In this document: in pieces, positions 1 through 13,500 of the stretch | Numbering within the stretch: position 1 is the first letter of the stretch | How the letters are laid out: the number at the start of each line of letters is the position of its first letter | NCBI RefSeq assembly: GCF_023055435.1 | Contig: NW_025964372.1 | Span: forward strand, 21,576,001 to 21,640,000 | DNA length: 64,000 bases | Direction: 5' to 3' | Source: Haliotis rufescens | Lineage: Eukaryota | The notes under the pieces: generated by a model | Told to the model about the DNA's origin: nothing | Database searches by the model: none | The model's input: only the letters and a program-made list of their open reading frames with translations | Translations under genes and position numbers: made by a program

Positions 1-1341
1 GCCAGTTAGTTTGGAGAAGGGCCAGTTAGTCTGTAGAAGGGCCAGTTAGTCTGTAGGAGGGCCAATTAGTTTGGAGAAGGGCCAGTTAGTCTGTAGGAGG
101 GCCAGTTAGTTTAGAGAAGGGCCAATTAGTTTGGAGAAGGGCCAGTTAGTCTGAGAAGGGCCAGTTAGTTTGGAGAAGGGCCAGTTAGTCTGTAGGAGGG
201 CCAGTTAGTTTGGAGAAGGGCCAGTTAGTTTGGAGAAGGGCCAGTTAGTCTGTAGGAGGGCCAGTTAGTTTGGAGAAGGGCCAGTTAGTCTGTAGGAGGG
301 CCAATTAGTTTGGAGAAGGGCCAGTTAGTCTGTAGGAGGGCCAGTTAGTTTAGAGAAGGGCCAATTAGTTTGGAGAAGGGCCAGTTAGTCTGAGAAGGGC
401 CAGTTAGTTTGGAGAAGGGCCAGTTAGTTTGGAGAAGGGCCAGTTAGTCTGGAGAAGGGCCAGTTAGTCTGTAGAAGGGCCAGTTAGTTTGGAGAAGGGC
501 CAGTTAGTCTGTAGAAGGGCCAGTTAGTCTGTAGGAGGGCCAATTAGTTTGGAGAAGGGCCAGTTAGTCTGTAGGAGGGCCAGTTAGTTTAGAGAAGGGC
601 CAATTAGTTTGGAGAAGGGCCAGTTAGTCTGAGAAGGGCCAGTTAGTTTGGAGAAGGGCCAGTTAGTCTGTAGGAGGGCCAGTTAGTTTGGAGAAGGGCC
701 AGTTAGTTTGGAGAAGGGCCAGTTAGTCTGTAGGAGGGCCAGTTAGTTTGGAGAAGGGCCAGTTAGTTTGGAGAAGGGCCAGTTAGTTTGGAGAAGGGCC
801 AGTTAGTCTGTAGAAGGGCCAGTTAGTTTGGAAAAGGGCCAGTTAGTCTGTAGAAGGGCCAGTTAGTTTGGAGAAGGGCCAGTTAGTCTGTAGGAGGGCC
901 AATTAGTTTGGAGAAGGGCCAGTTAGTCTGTAGGAGGGCCAGTTAGTTTAGAGAAGGGCCAATTAGTTTGGAGAAGGGCCAGTTAGTCTGAGAAGGGCCA
1001 GTTAGTTTGGAGAAGGGCCAGTTAGTTTGGAGAAGGGCCAGTTAGTCTGTAGGAGGGCCAGTTAGTTTGGAGAAGGGCCAGTTAGTCTGTAGGAGGGCCA
1101 GTTAGTTTGGAGAAGGGCCAGTTAGTTTGGAGAAGGGCCAGTTAGTCTGTAGGAGGGCCAGTTAGTTTGGAGAAGGGCCAGTTAGTCTGAGAAGGGCCAG
1201 TTAGTTTGGAGAAGGGCCAGTTAGTTTGGAGAAGGGTTAGTTAGTTTGGAGAAGGGCCAGTTAGTCTGTAGGAGGGCCAGTTAGTTTGGAGAAGGGCCAG
1301 TTAGCTTGGAGAAGGGCCAGTTAGTCTGGAGAAGGGCCAGT
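1..1341. repeat. 20-bp minisatellite (GCCAGTTAGT[T/C]TG[G/T]AG[A/G]AGG) with higher-order structure, probably intronic in FBXL6
   Basis: Directly visible tandem array of about 67 units that runs off the window start. Variant units recur in a fixed order. Confidence 0.97.
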
Positions 1342-2111
1342 AACTTTTGAAAGGATTAAGCCCTGCTGGCTACATACAAATTTGTTGTTAAATCTACACA
1401 ATACCGGGGTACATATTTTTAATATCTTTAGTTACTGATCAAATGACAGGTTTGTGTTAAAAATATAAAATTATTGTGTTTACTGGAAAAAAGTAGTATT
1501 GCTGTAAATAAACAATAAGGATTCACTGGTTGTTCTGAATGTATGTCGTGCATGTCTTGCAACCATGGCAACAGGGACAGAAATTCTTGTTCCAGGCACA
1601 GAAAAATATTCTGATCTCCTAAAATATCCCATCCCTCTCCCCCAAAACAGTCAATCCCTAATGAACTCTGTGTGTAATCTTTCGTCACATTGTGTGTTTT
1701 TTAACTCATTTATTTACTTCAGCTTTTTTTGTTAATTATTACTGATTCAGTATAGACATACTATTGTGCTGTTTTGATAGTCAAACTAATCGCGAGGTCG
1801 TGCATCATGCTTTTGCTGACACACTGTGATGTAACTGAAATACAGTTCTAATTAGAAATGTTATATTTGGGAAAACACTTTCTCAGTAAAGTACAGATTC
1901 TAGTACATTTTTGGTCTGAGTCCCATCTGGGATTCAAACCCATCCTGCCAGAGTGAGGCACCTAATCACCAGCACACACCTAATCACCAGCGATCTAATG
2001 AAAGTCCAACAACCGGTAGTCCAGATCACATACTTTGTGTACCCCTCTGACAAGTGTAAATTGGCACGGCTCCCATGGCTGAAAGTACTTGATCTAACTC
2101 CCTATTTTCAG

Positions 2112-2277
2112 ACTGGTGCTGGAGTTGTGCCCCAAGCTGATCTTCATCAATCTGACGTCCTGCCGCTCTCTGCCCCGAGGGGTCAAGAGAGAGTTCAGCG
2201 GAAAGAACAAGATTGATAAGCTGAAGAAAGAGTTTGAAGATGTTTCCGACTCCGAGCTAGACAGTTTATCAGACTAG
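2112..2277 (+). CDS. FBXL6: Terminal coding exon of an F-box/LRR protein 6-like gene (rest of the gene lies upstream of the window)
   Basis: Acceptor tattttcag|A, then LVLELCPKLIFINLTSCRSLPRGVKREFSGKNKIDKLKKEFEDVSDSELDSLSD*. The CPxLxxxNLxSCRxLPRGxKR motif matches the FBXL6 C-terminus as recalled. Absent from the ORF track because there is no ATG. Confidence 0.75.
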
Positions 2278-4543
2278 AACTTTTCACTCTGATATGAAAT
2301 GTGTTTTGTTTTTAGTACTAAATGTTTTAGAAAATCACTCCTGTTAATGGTTGAACGATGGGAGGGATTTGAAGAACAACATGCTGAGTTTACAATATAC
2401 CTGATGGCAGCTAATGAATAATGTATGTTGTCTAACGCCACGATCATCAATATTACAACTGTGTAATAGCATTGTGTAAAAAATCGAGTCGCGGCAGGCA
2501 AGCTGTTGTTGGTGACATGAGCTACAATCCACAGTCACACACTATCGGCCACGACCCCAGTCCATTAAGGGATCTCGGCACAAAATGTTAAGGCCAGACT
2601 TCTTGTTTTTTTTGTTTACAGATTTTTGGCCCATAAAGTAAGGTCAGTGGAACGAAAAAATTAAATAATATATAATCCAATTTCAAACATATTTTATATT
2701 TTTCCTTAATTAAAATGTTAAGTAGGTAGGCAAGTAAATGTGAGGGTGGGGAAGATAAATTTGCAACAGGTATTAATTAAAGTATTTTAGATAATTTATT
2801 TATATTGACAGCGACAGTATATTACTTTTTTTAAAAACATTTTACTTATTTCTTGTCAGCTATTTAAAAACACTGCTTTGACTTATTTTATATTTTTACC
2901 TTTCAATTTTTGTGACTTGGCGGATTTGTAAGCCAAGTTTTTAAAAAAAGTTGGTTTAAAGATACACATTGCTTTGTTGGTCACTGTGATAACTTTCACA
3001 TCACAACTACTAAGTGTACTATTACAGCCCAAGTTACCGTGTATATTCGTGGCCCATTTCCAATAGGAACGTAGGAGTGATGAAATACTCAGGATTGCCT
3101 CAGATGACCTTGTTAGTATAGATTGATACACCTAGTTTTTGTCATATTAAGAATTTGTCTCAGGTGCAAAATGGCAGCAATGTATCAGTACTTTTGATAA
3201 CCATGTTTCACCTTTCAACTGTTTCCATTCTGTGAATGAAAATGAACCCTCATGTTTTTTTATATATTTTTTACTTCAAGGGGCCAAGGAATATTCTCCA
3301 TTTGTGATCAGGAATGGGGCTGGTACCAACTTGAAAAGTAAATTTTTGTTATAAATAAGCACAATAAATATATATATGGCTTCAAAATGCCCTTCCTTCT
3401 TTGTTTTTCTATTCAACAAAGTCACCGAGTCTGACCACCCGATCCATTTGGTTATCTCTTGCAACCAGCGAACCAATTCTAACCCAGAATCCCACAGGGT
3501 AACACTAACGACAAACATGTTGAAAAGTGTTCTTCCTTGGCATTGGAATATATTCATGTTTTGTATACAAGTATTTACAGCAGGATGATACCGGACTATA
3601 ACAGTGTTTTCATTATGAACCTACACAAACATATAATTAAATTTGCCACAGTTTTTCAAGAATATCACAAGACAATAAAACTTTGAGAAATTTTACAAAG
3701 GTCTCCAAAACGTAACATTGATTTGGGATTCATTTTGCAAAAACAAATGCAAAACTAAGATTTCCATATAAACAATTTATTATGAATAAACATAAATAAT
3801 AATTCATTTATTGGTGCTGGGAAACAATATATCTGTCAAGTGGTCAAACAGGTGATGCAGGTTTGGTGATGGTATCAAGATATTGATTAAAATAACAAAT
3901 ATCCTACTCAACATGGTCAAGTAAACAATCCTCTTCATCATCAAGCAAATTGTTATTACGGTATGTGTTTTGTGAAGATCATCAGCGATATGAAAATGGA
4001 GGCATATTTCTGTCATCAGCTGTATCGGTACCGTATCCATTTTGTACAGCAATCAAAGAAGTAAAGACCGGCATGGCAATATTCTGACCTCAAAATTAAA
4101 TCCTGTTACTATTAGAAGATATCACCATTAATTACATCAACCATTAACCCTCCGTAACTATCACAACCATAAATCACATATTACATATCACAGGACGGAT
4201 CTGATAACAAATGTAAGGCCATGAAAAAAGTAATGTTCATTTAAAACAACTTTATTCTAAATGGGTCAGAGTGCCAGGGATATTTTTTCCACTGGGCCTA
4301 AAACTTGGGGGTCATTTAGTTTTGAGCATGGTAAGGAAAGACAACTCTGTTAAAATTGGGAAAACCTTGACTTTCATCCAACTACTTTTTACAGCAGTTG
4401 TGGTTTTTTTTTTAAAAACCCATCAAAATACCCTCTGTCTTCACAGGATGTTTTAGATGAAGCAATATGATAAGAAACATTTTTCAAGGCCTTATATAAC
4501 ATTAAATATCAACCAACAAATAATACTGTTAGGACCTGTGAAC

Positions 4544-7500
4544 TCAATTGAAACGTTTGGGCAATGGATTGACGATCATACTCTCCAAACACTCAAACAC
4601 AGTATGTGGATCCTGATCAGCGTTCACATGTTGGCCATCCAAATAAAAGTCTGCAATTTCCTCAACATATGCATGGTACTGAGCAAGCCTCTTTCGCACT
4701 TCTTCTTGACTGTCTTTCGGGAAGCGCTGGAGCCTCTCTTTGACTTCGGGTGTGCGTGGGGGGTTGTAGAGCATGTGGTAGCGTTCCCCTGTGATGGGGT
4801 CTGTGGCGCGGAGGGTCAGCCTCTCAAGTACAGAGTCATTGGGGACATCCAAGAAGAATTGTCTGGTGGAGAAAATGAGGCATGAGTCTCGTGAACTGGT
4901 ATTTATAACCATAATTGTTTGTTGTTTAACCCTGCACTCCCTATTCCAGTTAAATGATGGTGGCATGTCAATAATTGAGACTAGACCAGGGCCCCGTTCC
5001 ACATAGCGATCGTAGCGCTAATACTTTAACATAGACTTACGACGACCGTAGCCCTACAATGGCTTTGTGGAACAAGACCCTGACAAACCAGGGACAGATA
5101 TAATGAGCAATGTCTCACGCCAGGATACAATACCACACAATCAACAAAGCACCAGGCCTTAGCATCTGATCAAGTTGCCTCCAAAGACAATCATGGATTC
5201 CTGGGGACAAATTCTAAGCTGAAATCCCCATGGGGACAGTGATGTCATGTTACCATGGCAACCATGCCACAGAGAAGAAATAATTTGCACACCATTACCA
5301 GTGATTACGGTATTTGAATGGGGTTTCTTATCTCCAAGGGGGGCGGCCGGGTAGCCTAGTGGTTAAAGCATTCGCTCGTCACGCCGAAGACCCGGGTTCG
5401 ATTCCCGACATGGGTACAATGTGTGAAGCCCATTTGTGGTGTCCCCCGCCGTGATATTGCTGGAATATTGCTAAAAGCGTCTTAAAACCCGACACTAGAC
5501 TAACATTTAGTCTCTGAAATCTTATATTACACAATATCCTTCTTGACTCTAAAAATAAAAATAAAATTCCCTATGCTGATTTCAGGAATTTTCAGGATTT
5601 TGTGGAATAGAGCTAGCTTGAGCTGGCTAGACTTGCTTTTGTATGCATTTCTAGATTATGTTTTTTTCATAAAATAAATATATTCCACGGTCATGGTGCA
5701 GGACTAACCCGACACACTCACTCTTATTTCCAAGAATAGTGTTGATAAAAAGTGCCTTTACTTAGGTAGATGGAATAAAAGAGATGCAGTTGGACAACAC
5801 AAGGTAGAAATCAATCTGTGCCCTGACTTACCTGTAAGGTTTGAATCCAGCTTTAGCCAGCTGCTCGGCCTGCTCCCTGGTTTGAGGGTATCCGTGCAGC
5901 ACCCACCCCCTCGTCACACAGTCCAGCTGGGACAGACGCACCTCCAGGATGTTCATCACCAGGTTGTCAGGCACTACATAAACAGGAGAATGGTTACGAT
6001 TAGACTTCTGGGAGTACAAAAGGGTTTTACAATGTAAAATACTTGTCCTTTACACATACATATTAAGAATGGACATAAATGATTTTTAACTTTTGTTTGT
6101 TTTACATAGAGAGTCCTGTGGGTCACTATATTATCATGATTGTAACGTCAATCACTAGTATGTACACATCTTCATGTTTCTGCTATAAATTTAAGGGCAA
6201 AACTATACTATATTTCACTTCACATGGGGTAGGGAAAACTGTATTGCATCATAATAACATCCCTCATTATGCTTGTTAGGTTAGTTCAATGTTTTAAAAG
6301 GGGATTCAAAATCTACCAACGTCAGAAATGCTGTGGTTTAATAGGATATGGACAGTGGTGATGATTACTCTGGTACAGATCATAAAAAGCAGTACCGGTA
6401 ATATAGTGTGTGACATGAATATAACATCTCAATTCCATGGTCAAGGGGAGGTAACTCTTTACATTTAAAACGGTTTCAATCTTTCTGTAGTATCAATTGT
6501 ATCACACACACACCCTATAACAAACATATCTAATAGCAAGACTAGATTTCTTCAGAAATGAAGATATTCTCTACGATCCGTTCTTATATTTTGAGTCTAA
6601 GACAATGTATAAAATAAAACTTAAACTAGCAGTATTTTCAGAGGCTAAATTTTAGTCTTCACTTGTAGATGTGAAGGGATATAAAACAAATGTCAGTCAG
6701 TATCTTGAAATATGGAGCCGATCGTTTAATTGATCATAATCAGATACATCGCATTATGAGAGCCAAATATGTAACTATCAGAAGCCCACGGGACCCTGAA
6801 GATCCAGGTTAGAAATGGTCTTCAGTATCGGATGCATGTCATCATATCTGCCATAAAAAAGCTGGAATACTGCTGAGTGCACACAAACATACAAAGTCCA
6901 CAAAATCAAGCTGATATACTCACCCATGATGCCTTTTTCCACATAAGCTTTGGCAGCCATGCCGGCTTTAGTTTCATCAGCAATAGCCTGTTTGATCAGC
7001 TGACCACAGCACACTGGAAATAGGAACAATGTTGGTCTTATTTTAATGTTGACGTTTAAAATATCCAGTACTACACTGTCTAGCTGTTATCAGCTCCAGT
7101 TTTGTCTTGAAACTATCACTATAAAGAGTGAGGTGAAATGGGGTTTAACGTCGTGTTCAAGATAATTGCACTTATATAGCGATGTGTGTGTGTGTTGTGT
7201 GTTTAATGCTTCACTTATGCCCATAAATAGCGCTCACCCACTAAGATGCCATAGATTAAGCCACTGGATACCCTACCCAGACACAGCATAGAGACTCTGA
7301 GCCGACCAGTCCTTGTTTTATCCCCTTGATATCGTTAAATGTCTTTTGGTATCACACGGCTTGGGATCAAACCCCTGACCTTTTGCTTCTCAGGCAGACG
7401 CTCTATCCACTAGACCATGGAGGTGCACTATCAAGTGTAAACTGGGATTCCAGTCATGAGTGTTGAACTCAGGATCAGCAAATCATGGCACAACTAAGGG

Positions 7501-10500
7501 AAGTAACTCACTTAAGACCACCTGTGCCACTGATGTTGGGAGGTGAGGTGAAATGGGGTTTAATGTTGCATCCATGATTTAATGGCACTTATATAGTGAC
7601 GTGCGTGTGTGTGGCTGCTTGTACTAGTTAGGACTGATGCCGATTTATAGTGCTAGTACACTGAGATACCATGCCCCGGTTTAACATGAATACCCCACTC
7701 AGACACAGTATACTGACTCTGAGCAGACCAGTCCTTGTTTTAGCCCCTTAATGCCTAATACCAGGCAGGATAACAACAAGAACCATCTCTTAATGTCTTT
7801 TGGTATGACATGGCTGGGGATCAAACCCCGGACCTTCCGCTCTTAAGGCAGACACTCTACCACCAGAACAAAGCCACGGAAGCGGTTCTGATGTCCGGAG
7901 AAGAGGAGGAGTGAAGAGTTCTGGTGTCTGCGACTCACCATTGACAACGTTGTACTTGTTGGCCAGCAGGGCAGCCTGAACTCCCTTCCCACTCCCGGTA
8001 GGACCCAGCATGATGATGCGTGGGGTGTGTGGAGCATTGGTCCTGGGCTGGCTGGACAGGAACGTGAACGCTGCAGAGAAAGAGTTCATGGTATCAACAT
8101 AAGAAGTAAAGAAAATCGTGAAATTATGCTAGAAATATAAATTATCCTTTTGTATAATGATAGGAATACTGAGGACCAATGAAGATCTGGGGTAGAATAG
8201 ATCTTCAGCAACCCATGCTTGCCATAAAAGGCGACTATGCTTGTCGAAAAAGGCAACTAACGGGATCAGGTGGTCAGGCTCGCTGACTTGGTTGATGCAT
8301 GTCATCGGTCCCAGTTGCGTGGATGGATGCTCATGTCAGTCACTGGATTGTCTGGTCCAGACACGATTATTTACAGACCGCCCCCATATAGCTGAGTGCG
8401 GCTTAACAACAAACAAACAAACAAACAAAGGAATACTGAGATACTTCATACTGTTACTCCATCAACAACTTCTGCTAGCCTAGTGAGAAACCATGCCACA
8501 GTTTAACATGAAGACCCCACAGTATGCAGTGAGTGAGTATGGTTTAAGGCTGCTTTTAGCAATATTCCAGCAACATCACAGCCAAGGACATCAGAACACA
8601 GTATAAACAGACTCCCAGCTGACAGTCCTTGATGCAGAGCCATGCCATGCCATGCAGAGAACAAGTACTATATTGGTATAATCCCACTCTCCAGGCAAAC
8701 ACTCTATCCACTAGACCACGTAGGCAGTCAGAACAATATGAATCCCTATCACAAGATTAGCGGTATGTTCCAAAGCAACACAGTGCCTGTCAAGATGTTG
8801 ATAGACATTGTCGTCATCTTTTTTATGCTTTCATACATCTTTCAATGATCAACAAAATATGATCAACAAAAATACCAAATTGACTAAATGGTGACACCTG
8901 CTGAAACGTTACCCCTACCCTGTCAAAATACATCTTCAATATTAATAAGAGACTTATTAAGGATATTATTTCTCAGCTGCATTTCCTGATGAGCTCTTTT
9001 TTCAATGTTGTCCACTTATTATCTCATCCATCTTTTTGTAAGGGACCGGTCATTTATGATAGGGGAAAGGAGGGGGGAGGGGGTCAGAGGGAATCAGGGT
9101 AGGGTCTCCCAAAAATATGACAGTCTCTAAGAAAGAGTCATAAAACATAATACACAGATTTGGAAAGGGTCATGAAAAAATTGCAGGGAAATGGGGCCAT
9201 CCAAAAATATGAAAAGCATTAGGAGAGAGTCATCATTTTCTGCACATTAAGTGCATCAAAAATCTCTGACCTACCCCCTCTGCAATAAATAACTGGTCCC
9301 TAAATAGACACATTTTGGGTCAACACAATTCTGAAAAAGTTTCAAGCATACTTTGGCTTTTAACTTTTACATAAACTGACTAACAAAATTTAATTACTCC
9401 CAATTCCAAGCAAATAATTTGTGGATATCATGAGTGAGTGGGAGAGTTAAGATTTTACATTTACTTAATTCAAACAAGCATGAAATACTCATATCCCCCA
9501 ATATGACATGTCTGGTTGTGTGCAAGGCATAAGCCCTCCGGAAACGAGCACTACCTCCATTTTCAGTCTTTGAAGTCAAAGTAAAAAATTCCAAACTATC
9601 AAAAGGCACCAGTTTACCACTAGACCTATCTATGTGCAAAGTTTGGTGAAGAAATATTGTACGGTTTTCAAGAACTGCTCCGCCATTTTCAGAGTAAGTC
9701 AAAGTCCTTGCCAAGGAAACTCGGACAGCACCCATTCCTATATCCCCCTTCCTCTTCATGGCAGGGATTAATAAACAAGACTGTTCTGATTGAAATGTTC
9801 TGAGTAGTGATGAAAGTTTTATGACTCCATTTTCTTTTACAGACTGAACATATCATTGTTATCACGTTTCAGTGATAAACTAACTTGTCCAACTTGTACA
9901 AAGTGTCTTGCAATGATCATATCAAACCATCACAAAACGTAAATATCGCATCACTGACGAAGGATTCAGTCAAAGAACTAAACTTTACAGTATTTCCCAT
10001 CCAGAACAGATCATGTGCCTCATTCAAGACATTCCATGATGACAAATACTGGACATTCATGAGTGCACTAATAGAGTCTTTTATCTATTGCTGCTGCATC
10101 ATATTTTGACCCATTGTAGTACCTTTTATGATTGTAAACCTAATCCATTGCATTTCAGTTTAATTTATTGATTATTCACATCTTCTGGGTTAATCTTTCC
10201 GTTTTAATTTGGGAATGAACACGTAACACATTACAGCTCTCACAGTGGTGTACCTTGAGCAAAGACGTCGGCTTTAGGTTGGTCAGCGTTGATTGTCTTG
10301 AGCGTGTCACCATAGCAGCGGAGGATGCCGTCGATGTGGCGGTGGTACATGACCAGCTTGTCCACCATCGCCTCCTCCGTATATCCTGGCGCTACCTCCA
10401 GGCGAGACTGGACATCGCTGTTGGTCGGCCAGTCAAAGGTTGTGTGGTAAACATCTAAATAGATGCAGTCATACAATTATTTTAATTCCTTGAAAAAGAA

Positions 10501-13500
10501 GAAATTACCATGCTGCTTCAGTGTGATCATGTGGCAAGAGACACCTCTAAGACTGAGAACAAGTCAAGTCAATCACTTCTTAAACATACATTCAAGTTCT
10601 ATCATAGGTTTCTGGCGTGCCAAAGGGATGCAACTCTGCATCATGAGTGAGTGAGTTTCTTTTAGCAACATTCCAGAAACATGGCCGGGGGAAACCTGCA
10701 ATGGTCTTGCCCCAGCAGATGAATCAAACCTGGGCCTCAAGAATGACACATGTGCACTCAACCATGAGGTTATCCCACTATCCTTGCCTTGTCCAACTTT
10801 AATATCATCCACTACTCACCTCCTGTTTTGGTGTCCACTCTCTTCCCAGCTGCTCTCTCTATAAGGACGGTGTCTGGAGAGTCAAGAACCACTGCAACAA
10901 GGCAACATTCATCACAACAAGGCAACATTCATCACAACAAGGCAACATTCATCACAACAAGGCATGCAAACAGCAGTTGGTACGCATATGGAAATGCACA
11001 ATTTGTTCAGTGCAATCTGATACAATTTTCTTTGGTCTTAGTTTGATTACTGTCCAAATCCTGGCCCGTATACATCACATTGCAAACACTATCATGATAA
11101 ATACACCAATACATAGAATACATACTGGTACTTAGGCAAGACCTTTTTGTGGTGGGTACAGATTTTTTGCTCAAATGCTAAGATTGACAGGTAAAAATAA
11201 TCAACATAAAAAATCCAATTTCAAATAAAAGTTTTGCGATTTCTTAAAATGTTATGGAAATATTGCAAGCATCGTTCCACCCAATCAGGGTATGATGACA
11301 CTGTAATTCAGTATATCAGTTTATTCATATACAACTGTAAGGCCACAGGCCCCTAGTACAGCATACATGACAATGTGGAAAGTCAGGGTATGATGACACA
11401 CAATCAACTAAGTCACCGAGCTGGACCACCCAATCCATTTGGTTCGCCGCTTTCAACCAGGTTGGAGGGGACTAATTCTAACCTGGAATCCGGGGTGTTA
11501 GTTATTTATAGAATGACGTACCGCAATGTTTGGGGTAGACCCCGATCTCCTGTAGAGCCTGGGCCTGCTCCCTGGTCTGGGGGAAGCCCTCCATCACCCA
11601 GCCCTTCTTCACACAGTCAAACAACTTCATCCTCTCCTGGACAATCTTCACCCACAACTCAGTGGGGACAGCCTGACAACAATCATAACTTGAAATAACA
11701 TTCACTGGGTAGGAAGCAGGTTCAAAAGTATTCTTCTTGTTGGCACACTTAAATCCCAATGGTCACACCTAAACATCTTTGTGAGTTCCCTGAATACATT
11801 TCTATCACTGATTTCATTTGCTTTCCATTAATGATGATGATGATGTTTGAGATTTAATGAGTGCTTCCGGACGTGCCGATCCTGCACTCAGGTTCCATTA
11901 AGCAATTAAGCAGCTGATCATAACTTGAACAGCAATTGTTAACATTTTTTCATGACCATCTTTGTAAGTGTCCTCAATATATATTGGATGACCTGTCTCA
12001 TGGAACTGTCATTTATTCATGGACTGACTCATATTGTCATACACATCATAAACGATATTACCTGTCGTTTTGAAATGAACTCCTTTGCCTGTTCTCTGAT
12101 GTCCAAATCTGCATCATGGATGAGGTTCTCCATTGTGATGTGGGTCGTCCGTAGCTTGCTACAGACAAGTTTAGCAATAGACCTCTTCCCTGAGGCTGGT
12201 GGGCCCAAGACAATGATCTGTGGAACTGCAACATACATATACCATGTGTACATCGGGGAAAACATTACGCACCATCCCTGCTTTACTTTCTTACATCCTA
12301 AACTTTCCTGTATCTTTTGGAACTCTCTACACATGACATTGATCATTTTGTTATAAATATCTGTGATAACACTGATACCTGCTGAAAACTTGGTACAAGA
12401 ATACTGTTACAAGGACTTGGCCATATCAGACTGTGATTTAGCAAGAGACAAATGGCATCAGGACATTTCAATGATTTTAGCAATTTTTGACAGGTCTTAA
12501 TTTATATGTACCAAATTAGAAAACTTTCTTCAGGACATTTTGGATGATATCAGTTATAGTCCTAGAAATTTAAAATATCTAAATCCTGTATCATATGATG
12601 TAAAGAAGCAGAGGGAGTGAATGAGTTTGGTTTAACATCGCTTTGAACAGCATTCCAGTTATATCACGGCGCAATCTCATTAAAATCAGATCTTAGTTCT
12701 CGCTATCGCTAAACAAAGATCGGAGGACATCCCATTAAGGGTCATGTCAGAACGACCTTTCATCCAACCAATCAGAGCATTGCTTACCAGATCATGAAAG
12801 TGACTGTCGGAATGTGTTTTGTAATCATGCAACAACGAAATACTTAACACGAGGTATTCCGAACGACAGTTACGGGTTTTATGATTGTATCCATACAATC
12901 TACGGCATCTATAAGCCGTTCCAGAATGTTCTTCTTATCAGTTTTAATTTTTTTAATCGAGAATAAGTCAAAATATGTTTCGAAGCGTCACCAGTTTGAA
13001 ACAAGTGTCGTAAACCTCGAGAAAACTGCCTTTTGATTGGCTAATGTCGATTTCTTGTCAGTCATTTCATTGGTCGGTCAAAATTTGCAATGGCCGTTCT
13101 GAAGTGACCCGTAATGGGATGTCCTCATATCTTTGTTTAGCAGTAACGAGAACTGAGATCTGATTTTAATGAGATTGATCATGGCGTGTCATCTTAATGT
13201 GGGAGGAAAGCCAGAAGGGATGGCTGAATGCCAGGTTTCCGGGTCAGGATTAACAAAGTTATAATGTTTGATATGTTGACCCAAACAAAATAAAACACCA
13301 ACATAGACCGATTAATTCCCCTTTGAAGTACAAAGAGGGGCCGGTATATTGGAAATTGGTATGGGGTTTACCATCATTGTTGTCTCGATTGAGGTTTTCT
13401 ATCAGGAATGCAATTGGGTCCGTGGGACGATGGATGATCAACTGCTCCAGAAGTCTCTGAAAAAGGTAGATGATAAAAAAATGAGTTGTACAGTGCCCTT

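Noticed and set aside
5338-5415. tRNA-Asp-like genes (here and at other family A, C and D heads)
   Set aside because: There is no proper acceptor stem; each continues into a SINE body and tail, often with TSDs.
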